From assembly GCF_964355755.1 (NCBI RefSeq), contig NC_092673.1, forward strand, positions 20,891,648-20,955,647: a stretch of DNA of 64,000 nt. The letters run 5' to 3'. Each line of letters starts with the position of its first letter. Position 1 is the first letter of the stretch. Origin of the DNA: Antedon mediterranea. Lineage: Eukaryota > Animalia > Echinodermata. A program made the translations under genes and the position numbers. Under the pieces are notes generated by a model that did not search any database, was not told where the DNA came from, and saw only the letters and a program-made list of their open reading frames with translations. Below, one piece after another: positions 63,882 through 64,000 of the stretch.

Positions 63882-64000
63882 AAAGCATGGTTCCCACTAG
63901 AACGCAACGCAGTGACGTATTGACGCAAAGTGATGTATTGCGTAATCACAAGTGGTAACCGACGACGCAATGACGCGGCATAAATCGCAGGTTTGATCTC

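Overview
AT-rich eukaryotic genomic DNA with GT-AG spliced genes, from an invertebrate animal (echinoderm-like deuterostome is my inference, not shown). Genes: (1) the 3' 18 coding exons of an ENPP1/3-like ectonucleotide pyrophosphatase/phosphodiesterase (+, 2345-9857); (2) an intact 171-aa secreted dermatopontin/amebocyte-aggregation-factor gene (-, 12570-14037) plus a tandem pseudogene copy (-, 15512-16820); (3) an intronless D1-like/beta-type catecholamine GPCR (-, 20955-22232); (4) the first coding exon of a D2-like dopamine receptor (+, 47163-47507), divergent from (3), with its intron running past the window end. The rest is mobile DNA and repeats: nested foldback/MULE-type elements, Kolobok-, Harbinger/PHIS- and EnSpm-type MITEs, a 4.35-kb Academ-like element containing a Helitron and a satellite, a second Helitron, tRNA-derived SINEs, LINE 3' ends, a decayed Penelope-like element and several minisatellites. 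I see no CRISPR or other prokaryote-type system and cannot claim a new biological system. The best leads are a sixfold amplified exon end with its splice donor in ENPP, the divergent D1/D2-like pair, a SINE-derived Pol III B-box array in the D2-like intron, a broken hammerhead in the Penelope tail, and strong TAGGCCTA enrichment. All exon calls, translations and counts were made by hand.
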